From Azolla caroliniana (lineage: Eukaryota; Plantae; Polypodiophyta), in assembly GCA_043228905.1 (NCBI GenBank), contig JBHGNT010000001.1:19716001-19780000 (forward strand): a stretch of 64,000 nt of DNA, written 5' to 3'. Shown piece by piece: positions 51,990-64,000 of this stretch (positions within the stretch are counted from its first letter, which is position 1; every line of letters begins with the position of its first letter). The notes beneath the pieces are model-generated. The model searched no databases and was not told the origin of the DNA. It worked only from the letters and a program-made list of their open reading frames with translations. The translations under genes were made by a program, and so were the position numbers.

Positions 51990-52912
51990 AGCAAGGGAAG
52001 GCCATGACTAAGACATGGGCAGATGTGTTCAACGGCCTAAAGGAGGACGAATCGGAGACAGCCGATTCAGACAAGAGCCAGAACAAATCGGAGGCAACCG
52101 ATTTGGTCGAGGAGTTCGATTCGGACGACAAACCAAATCACATAAAGCTTGGGCGGATGAGAAGGCAACTGAAGCCGACGGGTCGAGGGGCGCCAGTACC
52201 ACGACAACAAGGGAGTTGACAAGGGCCCTACGAGCAGACAAGCCGACAGAAAGAGTCGAGATGTGCGGATCCGGAGGGGTCGAAAAGCGAACGACCAGAG
52301 GGGTTGAGAAACGCAGAACCGAATAGGAAGAGGAGTGTGAGCAAGGCATGGAGATGATAGGAAGAATCGAATGTTGACTCAAGGAAAACTTCAAGTTGAT
52401 CTTGATGGGGGAGTGTTGAGCGAGCAAGCTCAACCTGGGCCGAATTGGCTGAAGAAGTTGAGAACCGGATCAGATTTGACCGATTAGTTAGGCCTGGATC
52501 GGCTGAAGAAGCTGAGAACCGGATCGGATTGGACCGATCGATTAGGCCCAGATCAGCTAAAGAAGCCCGAAGCCAAATTGGACAAAGACCGATCAGCGAG
52601 GCCGGATCGGTGGGAGCCGGAAGGCTATTGGAAAGATATTCTGCGACGGAGTATATTTGGGAGTTAGTGTAGGGGCTCATTTATGAGAATTCAAGTACTC
52701 ATGGTACTTGTGTTAGTCCTTTTAAGGACTTGTACAAAAGTGCTCTCTAAGCACATTCAATGTATAGAGTATTGAGTTAATTTTGTAATAGAGTTTATGT
52801 TCTGCTCTCTCCGCCTCTCCCGCATATTGTGTATTCTCAAGCTTCCATTAAACCTTCATTTCTGTCTTTCATTGACCCGGTTGTGTCTATACTTCAGCAC
52901 GTAACTTCTTCA
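51990..52912 (+). mobile_element. 3' end of a B-family Copia: extension ORF, PPT, LTR (52414-~52912)
   Basis: PPT TTGATGGGGGAG; LTR starts TGTTGAGCGAGCAAGCTCAA and shares AAAGATATTC and GGCTCATTTATGAG with the B LTR; U3 has about 3 x 54-bp repeats (52447-52610). Confidence 0.8.
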
Positions 52913-53978
52913 GATCCCAATCAATCCGATTCTCATTAGCCTCTCTAATTATCTAGCGGTCTACCCTCAATTTTTCTTCTTCGTCTTTTCCATCTCCTTC
53001 TTTCTTTAAGAGTCTCCATAGCCTGTGATCATCAGGCTCGCCTTTTGTTCCTCTCTCACTGGCTCTCCGTATTATTGTTTTCTAGGCCCCAATAATCTAG
53101 AATTTGTTCTATTCTTCTTACCTATTTCTGTTGTTTCTCCTCCTTCCTTGTTTGAGAGTGTAACGTTTTCATTTTGCTAGTATATTCTCCATATCTATCT
53201 CAACAATGTTTTCTACACCATATTTATCTACATAAGGGATAATGTTATTAGTTCAATAGGACTTCATCATTTGTTCCTATTGTATCTATTCACATCATTT
53301 CCTGAACCCTATTTGTCTACTTCGGGAGACCGTTCCGCCCCCTTGCTAAGGGGAAGCTATAGCATTTGCTTCTGCGGACAAGATGAACACGAACAATGGA
53401 GTATCCTGCGAAAGATGGGTACTCATCCCACTTTGATGCCAATTCCCTCTGCCATAAGTTCTGTTGTTCTTGCTATATTGTCATCAAAGGAAATCATGTA
53501 GAAATTTATACTCCATTCGAACATTTAAAAGAAGTGAATATGTGTAAGTGAGGGAAAGGAGGCATCCTAAGAATACATGCAGTGAACGAGAATGAGATGA
53601 TCTGTGAAGATCAAGAGAGGAAGGATAAGTAGATAGATAGAAAAAAAGATAGTGGATTGTCAAATTGGATGCGCCTACATACAGAGACAACGGTGGATGG
53701 CGAATGGTGGTGGTTCGATAGCCATTGGACATGCAAAGCGAACAGTCGGGGGGGGACTGGACAACTACTGCTGGTGGACAGACGGTCCGACAGTTGGCAG
53801 CCTGACAGACAGAAACGATCGACGGTCGACAGACAACCGAAGCACGACATGTGGCCGGAAAAGACAGGGCCAAACAGAAAGACGACCAGTGGGACAACCA
53901 CCTGAATAGGGCCGGCCGCTGAACAACAGGGACAACCAGTGGGACAGGTGGATGCCGACAAGGAGACAACGAACAAGG

Positions 53979-54024
53979 CCTACCCTACCTTACCCTACCC
54001 TACCCTACCCTACCCTACCCTACC
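53979..54024. repeat. (CCCTA)n pentanucleotide repeat
   Basis: About 9 units, one imperfect. Confidence 0.9.
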
Positions 54025-54310
54025 GGACAAAAGGTTTCTGTCCGACGGCCGACTGCCATCGACGACGAGCTGGACAGGAGGATAGGAGATTGAAGAGGAA
54101 GCTTCATCAAACGCAGAGAAGGAGAAGACGAATGGAGTGGGAGGTTTCGTTCTTCGTGAACGTTACCTACTGGAATCCGCAAGATGTGAGTTCTGGAATC
54201 CGTGTGTTTCGCCATAATTACAACAATTTAACGCTAAATCCATGCTCCATGCTCAGCCAATTCTGTCGTTATCCTTGTTTCATGGTGGGTCCAATAAATC
54301 CGTGGTTACC

Positions 54311-57300
54311 TGTTAAATGACTTCAATTATTTTTTGTGGTATATGAAAAGTCACGTCTCTCAACTACATGAAATATATATAAAGGTCCATGCATGCATCA
54401 TTATCATGCAAAAGTTAGTGAAGTGAGGGCTATAAATATAGGCAACCTTAGTCATTTGATAGAGAGAGACCACCAAGAGTTGTAGGCTTGTGAGATTTGA
54501 GAGAATTAGAGAGTTGGGAACACCATTTTAGAGAGAAAATTCCTTAGAGAGAATTGTGAGGTTATTCTCTTGGGTGTTGGGTTTAATTAGAGAAGAATTT
54601 CTCTAATTGTTGTAAACTCTCTCTTACATTTTCTTATAGTGGAATCACTCTCCTTTCCGTGGACATAGGCTAATTTAGCCGAACCACGTAAATACTCGTG
54701 TCATTTATTTCTCCGCTCCTATATTATCATATTATTGTCTTCTATTTAATCTAATGTACTATTTGATCCGAGTGTCACCTTAACAAATTGGTATCAGAGC
54801 CCTGGTTATTAGTACATTAGTTTTGGTATTTTCTTGTTAAGTCAAGATGTCGACAACAAAATTTGATGTCGAGATGTTCGATCGAAAAATCAACTTCTCT
54901 CTTTGGCAAGTAAGGATGCGCGCAATCCTTGTGCAGAACGAAGTTCAGAAGGCTTTAGATGTAAGGCCCAACGGTATGACGGACACTAGGTGAGAGGATA
55001 TAGACGAGAAGGCCCGCTCAGCGATTCAACTGTTTTTGGCAAATGAAGTTTTGCGGGAGGTAATCTCTAAGAAGACAACGAAGGCACTATGGGAAAAATT
55101 GGAGTCTCTCTATCTGAAAAAGACTCTGACGAACAAGCTTTATAAGAAACAATGCTTGTATTCACTACGGATGAGTGAAGGTACATCTCTCAGTTCTCAT
55201 ATTGATAAATTTGAATCTATTATCATGGATTTGCAAAATCTCGATGTTACTATTGATGATGAAGATAAGGCATTGTTGTTGTTGTGTTCGTTACCCCATT
55301 CATATAGACATTTTAGAGAAACTATGTTGTATGGGAAAAATACTATTTCTCTAAAAGATGTTAAATTTTCTTTGGAAACTAAAGAAAAGATTGATCATGA
55401 TATCACTGAACAAACTAGTGATAGTCAGGCACATGGTTTATATGTAAGGGGTAGATCTAAACGAAAAGGGAACAATAGAGATAGGCCTAAATCTAGATCT
55501 AAATCCAGAAGTAGATCTGTTGTGTGTTGGCACTGTAAAGAACTAGGGAACGTTCACAAGAATTGTGATAAGTTGCATAGAAAAAAGAATACTCCACTAG
55601 ATAGAAATGAGGATGCAGGTAAGGCTATTGTTGCTGAAGTGGGAGGCGATGTTGATGTGCTCATTGTGATGGAAAAGTCAATCAAGCTGAATGATGAGTG
55701 GATTATGGATACTGGTTGTTCTTATCATATGTGTCCCAATCAGGACTGGTTTTCATCATACAAGTCTATTGATGGAGGAGTAGTTTTGATGGGGAATAAT
55801 GCTCCATGCAAAACTATTGGAATAGGAACAATACGGATCCGGATGGTTGATGGGATTGTCAGAACATTGACTGATGTGAGGCATGTTCCTGATCTGAAGA
55901 AGAATCTCATCTCATTGGGCACCCTTGATGCCAACGGGTGCAAGTTCTCAGCTGAAGGTGGAGTATTAAAAGTTAGCAAAGGTGCGTTGGTTGTGATGAA
56001 GGCTAGAAAAGTAGGAAGCTTGTACGTATTACATGACTCGACAGTGATGGCTTCTGTAGCAGTTTCTTCATCGTCTATGTCAGATTCTGATGTTATGAAG
56101 TTATGGCACATGAGGCTCGGGCATATGAGCGAGAAAGGTTTAACCTTATTGAGAAAATGAGGACTACTTTGTGGCCAAAGTACAGGAAAGATGGATTTTT
56201 TGTGAGCACTGTGTATTCGCAAAGCAGAAGAGACTTAGCTTTGGCACTGGAATCCATAAGACTAGAGGTTCTTTGGATTATATTCACTCTAATTTGTGGG
56301 GACTAGCACCAGTTCCATCGAAAGGAGGAACTCGATATCTTTTGACTTTTACTGATGATTTTTCAAGAAAAGTCTAGGTTTATTTTCTTAAACACAAAAG
56401 TGATGTGTTTGATACTTTCAAGAAGTGGAAAATTCTGATCGAGAAGCAGAAGGGAAAGCAGATTAGAAGACTTTGAACTGATAATGGTTTGGAATTTTGC
56501 GGAGGAGATTTTAACAAGTTTTGTGAGGCTGAAGGAATTTCCAGACATCGCACAGTAGTTAAAACACCGCAGCAGAATGGCGTAGCTAAGCGTATGAACA
56601 AAACTCTTTTGGAGAGGGCTCGTTGTATGCTTTCCAATGCTGGGTTGTCCAAACACTTTTGGGCTGAAGCAGTTTCCACAACATGTTTCCTAGTGAATTA
56701 TTCACCGTCAACGACAATTGATTTTAAAACTCCTGAAGAGGTATGGTCCGGTAAACCTGCTAATTATTCAAATTTGAGAATATTTGGATGTCCTGCTTAT
56801 ATGCATGTTATTGAAGGAAATTGGAGCCTCGAGCTAGAAAATGTATTTTTCTTGGTTATGCTTCTGGGGTGAAAGGATATAGGTTGTGGTGTCCTGATCC
56901 TAAGTCACCTAAATTCGTAATTAGTAGAGATGTTACTTTTGATGAATCTGCTCTACTAAATCCTCGAAAGGAGCCTGTGTTTTCTTCTAATACATATAAG
57001 ACAGGAAGTACATCAAAGCAGGTGGAGCTTGAAGTTCCAAGTCCACCAGTGATGGCTGAAACACCTGCTCCTGAATCTGTAGAAGAGGAGCCTGATGTCG
57101 TAGAAGAAGCACCTCCTAAGGAAGAACGAAGTATCGCAAGAGATAGACCAAGAAGAGAAATTAGACCACCACAAAGATATGCTGATATTGTTGCATATGC
57201 TTTATCAGTTGGAGAAGAAACAAATTCTATTGGCGAGCCAGCTTCTTACTCTGAAGTCGTTTCTTCTGTTGATTCCACCAAGTGGTTGTTTTCTATGCAA

Positions 57301-59313
57301 GAAGAAATTGAGTCTCTTTATAAAAACGAAACTTGGGTACTTGTGAAGCCACCAATTAGACAAAGGATTGTTGGCTGTAAATGGATCTTCAAAATAAAGG
57401 CAGGAATTCCTGGAGTGGAGAAAGCAAGGTACAAGGCACGATAAGTAGCTAAAGGCTATAGTCAAGTACTAGGTGTTGATTTTAATGATATTTTCTCACC
57501 TGTTGTGAAACATAGTTCTATTCGTGTCTTGCTTGCATTAGTTGCTATGCATGATTTGGAGTTAGAACAACTTGATGTAAAAACTGCATTTTTGCATGGT
57601 GAACTTGAAGAAGACATTTACATGCAACAACCAGAAGGGTTTGTTGTTGAAGGAAAAGAAGATCATGTTTGCCTGTTGAAGAAATCGTTATACGGTTTAA
57701 AACAGTCTTCGAGACAATGGTACAAGCGATTTGATTCCTTCATGGTTGGCAGGGGATACTCAAGAAGCAGTTATTTATGACAGTTGTGTCTATTTCAGGA
57801 AGACTCATGATGGTTTATTTATTTATTTACTTCTTTATGTTGATGATATGTTGATTGCAGCTAAAAATATGTCGGATATTGAAGAATTAAAGAAGCAGTT
57901 GAACAAAGTGTTCGAAATGAAGGATCTTAGTGCAGCAAAAAAGATCCTTGGCATGAAAATCGAAAGAGATCGTAAAGGTGGAAAGCTGTATTTAATTCAG
58001 AAGAGTTATATTGAGAAAGTTTTGGAGAGGTTTGGTATGAAAAATGCTAAACCAGTATCAACTCCGTTTGCGGCGCATTTTAAGTTATCAGCTTCTTTAT
58101 CACCAAAGTCAGATAATGAAAAGAGATACATGACAAGAGTTCCCTACTCCAGTGCAGTTGGTAGCATGATGTATGCTATGGTTTGCACACGTCCAGATAT
58201 TTCACATGCTATGAATGTGGTCAGCAGATATATGGCTTGTCCTGGAAAATCACATTGGAATGCAGTGAAATGGATTCTAAGATATTTGCGTGGGACTTCA
58301 GACGCTTATCTGGAGTTTGGCAAGAGTAGTAGTTCTCTAGTTGGCTATGTTGTCTCTGACTATGTTGGTGATCTTGATAATAGAAGATCACTGACAGGGT
58401 ATGTATTCACTCTGGGTGGAAGTGCAGTTAGCTGGAAAGCTTCGTTGCAGCCCGTGGTTGCGTTATCAACGACAGAGACAGAGTACATTGCAATGACAAA
58501 GGTGATTAAAGAAGGGATCTGGTTAAGAGGCTTACTTGGGGAGCTCAATTCTTGTTTTTACAAGATCGACATTTTATGTGATAGTCAAAGTGCCATTCAT
58601 TTGACTAAAGATCAGATGTTCCATGAAAGAACTAAGCACATCGATATCAAGTATCACTTTGTTCGTGATGTTATTTCGCGGGGTGATATCTTAGTGAAAA
58701 ATATTTCAACTCATGAAAATCCCGCAGACATGTTGACGAAGCCTCTTCCAAGAATCAAGTTCAAGCATTGCTTGAATTTGATTGGTGTTGCCCATAATTA
58801 AGTTATTTGAAGGTGGAGTGAAACTACTATGAAATTCAAGTCAAGGTGGAGATTTGTTAAATGACTTGAATTATTTTTTGTGGTATATGAAAAGTCACGT
58901 CTCTCAACTACATGAAATATATATAAAGGTCCATGCATGCATCATTATCATGTAAAAGTTAGTGAAGTGAGGGCTATAAATATAGGCAGCCTTAGTCATT
59001 TGATAGAGAGAGACCAGCAAGAGTTGTAGGCTTGTGAGATTTGAGAGAATTAGAGAGTTGGGAACACCATTTTAGAGAGAATTGTGAGGTTATTTTCTTG
59101 GGTGTTGGGTTTAATTAGAGAACAATTTCTCTAATTGTTGTGAACTCTCTCTTACATTTTCTTATAGTGGAATCACTCTCCTTTCCATGGATGTAGGCTA
59201 ATTTAGCCGAACCACGTAAATACTCGTGTTATTTATTTCTCCGTTCCTATATTATCATATTATTGTCTTCTATTTAATCTAATGTACTATTTGATCCGAG
59301 TGTCACCTTAACA
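54311..59313 (+). mobile_element. Full-length Copia K (Tork-like, degenerate)
   Basis: LTRs 54311-54785 and 58855-59313; TSD TTACC; perfect iMet PBS 54789-54800; PPT AAGGTGGAGATT. Confidence 0.97.
54847..58801 (+). pseudogene. Element K gag-pol
   Basis: [41 protein letters not shown]; several stops and frameshifts. Confidence 0.92.
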
Positions 59314-59799
59314 TTACCAAATTTGGATACATCAATTTTTGGATAAATTTGTGGGAGACTTGTAAACATTAATCTCGTAAAGTTTAAGAGAGAGAGAGAG
59401 AGAGAGACTTGTATTTCATTTTAAACAACCCGACAATTTCATTAAGCCTAATACAATCATTCCTAAATGGTGAGGGGTTCAACCCCCGGTATGCATATGC
59501 ATCAAGTTTCAACCACCCTATCACATTTATATGCAAGTTTCTACCATTATTGTGTCGGAGGCATAATTTAATGTTTGACCCCATCATGTGTAACAAGCAC
59601 CCTATTGTGTGTGAAGTACGTGAGGGTAAGGTGTGACACCACCACCATTGCAATCGTGTCATCACTGATGCAAAGAAAGAAAGAAACGAGGCCCGAGAGA
59701 AGTGACTATGATGGCGGCATCATGGGGTGTCACCACCATAATATACTAAGCAAGGGTTTAGGATTTCACAGCCACTCTACAGCATCCATGCTCAAACCA

Positions 59800-60536
59800 T
59801 TAAAAATTAAAGCAACACATTGATGGCAATCAAGAGAGTTTTTGTGATACATCAAACTGGAACCCCAAACAATACAATTGTTGGCTTTTTACGTACCAAT
59901 GATCATTCTCATATGATTTGTGATGCGCATTGGGTAGGTGGTGAGGTGATCAAAGAACCTCACGAATACAAAGTAAAGTTTGTCTCAAGTTGCACTAATG
60001 AAAGAATTACAAGTAAGCGTTTGTCTCACTCAATGTGGCTTTCCCAGAATCCTACTTTTCATGCAAGAACAGAGCTTATTGAAGTTCATTCTCACCATGT
60101 TTGTCAAAAGATCATTGAAGGCCATCATGTGAAGCTGTTTTTCAAGAAGACTCAAAGATCAAGTAGTTGGCATTTTTACGAAAGCTCTTGTTAAACATTT
60201 CTGTTATATATGATTTCATGATATCAATTTATGCTTAAAAGGGGAGTGTTAAGAATAGCAAGCCACATTGATGTTAGTCCGGAATCTCTTTTTAATCAGA
60301 CAAAAGGCGAGCTAGAGAAACCCTAATGACAAACCGTGCTTTTCAGGATAAACACTAGAGACAAAATGTATTTTTTAATATGCTTTAGGCTTTATGTTCT
60401 TTCCCTGTATAATCTATCTTTATGCATCATGGTTTTTCATTAGGGTTGGTGTTTCTGGCTCTTTGTATCTTCTCTATTCTTTTATTAGTAATACAATATT
60501 CTATAAATCATTACGTTCGACATGTGAATTTTAACA
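59800..60536 (+). mobile_element. Old Copia 3' remnant: RNase H, PPT and LTR 60247-60536
   Basis: QNPTFHARTELIEVHSH; PPT AAAAGGGGAG; TGTTAA...TTAACA ends. Confidence 0.7.
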
Positions 60537-61277
60537 GATAATCTCTTTAAAGATTGGCTTCATGAAATTTATTACTTCTCAGTAATTGTCACAAAATCTA
60601 GTTCCCATAAAAAAATTACATGTGTAGCCATGCATGTTATGCTACAGTAAACATTATGGACTTAATTCTTGTTATTGTCCCTCCAATCCCTGAAGATTCA
60701 TATTTCTGATAACTCTCTTGTATGAAACAGGAATAAGAAAACGAGATGTTTTAACAAAAGTTGTGATTCTCTTAAACCTGTAGACACATTCCAATGTTGT
60801 GAATGTAGGTTATCATATCTCGTTTTCATTCACTGCTTAGTGAGTGATTTCAATTACAGGCTACTTTTTGGTTTCCAAGCCGGGGTCAGGGGGGCCTGCG
60901 TCCATCTACGAGAAGCAGATCAAAGTCAGTCAGAACTTTTGGCAAAGGAATCAGAAATGGGAGTGCCTAGAAGCACTCCCAACTCCAAAGGGTAGATAGA
61001 TGCATTTGTAACTAATCTTATGAATTCACCCAGCTCCTTACACAGAACTTCCCTGGAGTTCCCATAATTCGGTCATTGAGGGGTGACTAATAGCAACCAG
61101 CATCTGCTAGGGAAAATAGTTACAGCGGGGCTCTTGCTTCTTCTTCCTTCCATTAACATGTAAGGTAGCCTTTTGCACCTTACGTGTGGAATTTCCTTAT
61201 CCACCATGGGAATCGGAGCATCTGCTCTCAAATCTCATACATATAGGTGAACATATTTTTCGGGTTCAGGGATGATC

Positions 61278-63527
61278 TCATCCGTCTTCTTTGCTTTCAT
61301 CTACAATGGTATCCACATAGATATTAGACATGCATACATAAGTAGCTCCAGCATTACCATCCAATCGTACTGCCTCCTCAAAGGCATTCCTCCCATGATC
61401 CAGATGACCCCACTTTTTACAAGCACCTAGGAGACAGTGCCACGCTACGATACCGGGATGTGATGGAATATCTCTGATCATTGCTATTGCTTTGTCAATC
61501 AATCCCGCACGTCCTAGGGCGTCAACCATACATGTATAATGTTCTTGGCTTGGAACAAAACCATAGACATCAATGATAGCTTGAAAATATGCCTCAGCCT
61601 TGTTCACTAGACCTCCATGACTACATACATTCAGGATGCTAAGGAATGTGACTAGATTTGGCGTGATATGTTCAATTATCATGCTCCTAACGATATCAAA
61701 CACCGTTTCACTATCCCCAAGCTGAGCGTACCCAGCCAACAGCGTAGTCCTCGAGACAATATCCTTATTAGGAAGCCTATCAAACAAATGTTGTGCTTCC
61801 AATATCAAGCCACATTTAGCATGCATATCCACCAATGTGGTTCGGATAAAGTGTTCAGTATCCAAACCTTTATTGACGATTACAGCATGCATTCTATGGC
61901 CATTATCAATGGCTCCAATACTACCACAAGCTTTCAAGCAACAGTCGAGTGTGAAAGCATCAGCAGAGATGCCCTCGAGCTCCATATCCTCTATGCAACC
62001 CATTACTTGCTCACTACAGTCTTGCTCTACATAGCCTGAAATCAATGCATTCCATGAAACCACATCTCTCCTCTCCATTTCATCAAACACTTTTTGTCCC
62101 ATTGCCATCCAGCCGAATTTCGAATACATGTCCACCAAAGCATTAGCAACTAAAATATCACTTTCAAGCCCTTTCATGATAATACTTGCATGAACTTCTC
62201 TGCCCTCGATAGTGGCACCAACACTGATACAAGATTTCAAGATGCAAATCGATGTAGCTGAGTTCAAAGAGATTCCATGAAATCGCATTGTTTCAAGATA
62301 GCAGAGAGCATCCTCACCATACCCGTGATTGGCTAGCCCTGATAAAAAAGCACTCCAAGAGACACTATCTCTGGTTGGAAGCTTTTCAAATACTTGTTTT
62401 GAATCTGCAAGAAGACCACATTTTGCATAGAAATCGACCAACGTATTCCCAATTAGTGAAGCATTTTCTAACCCTTTAATGACAATTGCAGCATGTGTTT
62501 GGTATGCATCAGTCATAGATCCTATTGCTCCACAAGCTTTCAAGACACAAACAAAGGTGATAGCATCCCCCGAAACTCCTTCACTTTCCATTTTGTTGTA
62601 ACAATCTATTGCTTTCTCACCACATTCACTGTCCAAATAACCTCCCAGGAGTATATTCCAAGAAACCACACTTCTACCACGAATCTTGTCAAAAATTTCC
62701 TTTGCTGTGGTAATTAATCCAAATTTCACATACATGTCCACTAGTGTATTAGCTACAAGTAGTTCACATTCCACTCCTTTAACCACAATTTGTGAATGGA
62801 TTTCGTACCCTTTCTCTATTGAGCCTAAACTACTGCAGGCTCTCAAGCCACAAACATAGGTAAAAGCATCTGGAGAGACATCTTCATCTTGCATAGTTTG
62901 AATACAAACAATGGCTTCTTCATCATGACCACATTCAACATGTGCTGCTATTAGAACAGTCCATAAGACCACATCTCTATAAGGAAGAGTAGAGAACACC
63001 TCTTCTGCTTTCAAAGGACAACCACATTTACTATACATATCAACTAAAGTGGTAGCAATGAAAATATCACATTCTGAGAGACTTATTCTGCATATCTCAG
63101 CATGAATAGAAGAACCCATTTGCACATCTTTGAGGGCTATGCAAGCCTTAAGCATGGCAACGTACGTGTAAGGGCTAAGTTTCAAATATTGGTTTCTTTG
63201 CATTTCTCTATAGAGGGAAAAGCCATGAATGTAGTAACCCTTTTCCATATAACCGGTGATGAGCCAATTCCATGAGGACCTATCTCTGTTGTTTTCAAGC
63301 TTTTGAAAGACTTGGCATGCATAGAAGAGCCCGTCACATTCAACAAACATTCTCACAAGCTTATGACCAAAGGTCTGCTTTTCAAGTCCTCTTTTGCACA
63401 AATGAGTATGTAAATGCAGGGCTTTGCTCAAATTTCTGTCTACAAGTCTGCATTTGTTCAATAGAGATGCAAGGTCCTCGAGTGATGATGAAGGAAACAA
63501 TCCATTTGAGCACATGTTCAGATTCAT
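61278..63527 (-). CDS. PLS-class pentatricopeptide repeat protein with E domain, no DYW (749 aa)
   Basis: Single ORF with repeated P-L-S units (LVDMYSKCG, DVVSWNALISGY, DAFTYVCGLRAC) and E motifs HYTCMVDALGRAG, AWHCLLGAC, YVCMSNIY. Confidence 0.95.
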   Translation of the reverse strand: MNLNMCSNGLFPSSSLEDLASLLNKCRLVDRNLSKALHLHTHLCKRGLEKQTFGHKLVRMFVECDGLFYACQVFQKLENNRDRSSWNWLITGYMEKGYYIHGFSLYREMQRNQYLKLSPYTYVAMLKACIALKDVQMGSSIHAEICRISLSECDIFIATTLVDMYSKCGCPLKAEEVFSTLPYRDVVLWTVLIAAHVECGHDEEAIVCIQTMQDEDVSPDAFTYVCGLRACSSLGSIEKGYEIHSQIVVKGVECELLVANTLVDMYVKFGLITTAKEIFDKIRGRSVVSWNILLGGYLDSECGEKAIDCYNKMESEGVSGDAITFVCVLKACGAIGSMTDAYQTHAAIVIKGLENASLIGNTLVDFYAKCGLLADSKQVFEKLPTRDSVSWSAFLSGLANHGYGEDALCYLETMRFHGISLNSATSICILKSCISVGATIEGREVHASIIMKGLESDILVANALVDMYSKFGWMAMGQKVFDEMERRDVVSWNALISGYVEQDCSEQVMGCIEDMELEGISADAFTLDCCLKACGSIGAIDNGHRMHAVIVNKGLDTEHFIRTTLVDMHAKCGLILEAQHLFDRLPNKDIVSRTTLLAGYAQLGDSETVFDIVRSMIIEHITPNLVTFLSILNVCSHGGLVNKAEAYFQAIIDVYGFVPSQEHYTCMVDALGRAGLIDKAIAMIRDIPSHPGIVAWHCLLGACKKWGHLDHGRNAFEEAVRLDGNAGATYVCMSNIYVDTIVDESKEDG

Positions 63528-64000
63528 GAATAGTTACCGGTGTACATATAATATATACATACAAGATTTCGTCCATTATGTATGCATGCATGTACATATA
63601 TATATAAATGAATGTATGCATGTGAATATGTATAAATATGTATCCATGCATTGTATGAATCAATGTCCATGAAGGAACTGTGAGTAGATCATAGCATCGC
63701 TAGTTCATACACAGAGAGAGAGAGAGAGAGAGAACTACAAAAGCCGAGGCATAGATACAGATAGAGAGATTGGTAATTTTATTTATTTTTTGTGTTGAGA
63801 ATCAACCTCAACCCATCCTAGTGTGTATGTATACACACTAGAGAGTTACACACCACCACTATGTAATATAGCTAATGTGTCATAGGAGTTATATTATATG
63901 ACACATTATTAATGTGTCTTGTAACATAACTCATGTGTCATATGAGTTACACTCTATGACACATAGTTAATGAGATTCCCCACTCCCTGAGATTCTAGAG

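Noticed and set aside
53979-54024. Interstitial telomere repeat
   Set aside because: The unit is CCCTA, not the plant CCCTAAA, and the tract is short.
60860-61270. Possible DYW exon downstream of the PPR ORF
   Set aside because: No PG box, HSE/HAE or CxxCH motif was recognised; probably 3' UTR.

Overview
Eukaryotic plant DNA; the PLS-E PPR style and the retroelement lineages suggest a seed-free vascular plant, probably a fern (inference). Two host genes: a 9-exon ULP1/ESD4-like SUMO protease (+, 17213-20909) and an intronless PLS-class PPR gene (-, 61278-63527). Most of the rest is nested retroelements. Four Copia elements have both LTRs, an iMet PBS, a PPT and a 5-bp TSD: 5410-11235, 27289-31808, 37873-43143 and 54311-59313. 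There are also truncated Copia and Gypsy elements, two solo LTRs, an RTEX-like LINE and tRNA-like SINE heads. Most notable: (1) a Copia family with a conserved ~165-aa acidic/basic extension after RNase H; (2) a Tcn1-like Gypsy with apparent tRNA-independent self-priming and a -1 frameshift signal; (3) a capsid swap among three Tork-like Copias; (4) a LINE inserted in a (CT)n tract; (5) a tRNA-Trp-primed Gypsy lineage that includes a gag-only element; (6) a 6 x 96-bp tandem array in an integrase. All comparisons were made by eye; no database searches were run.
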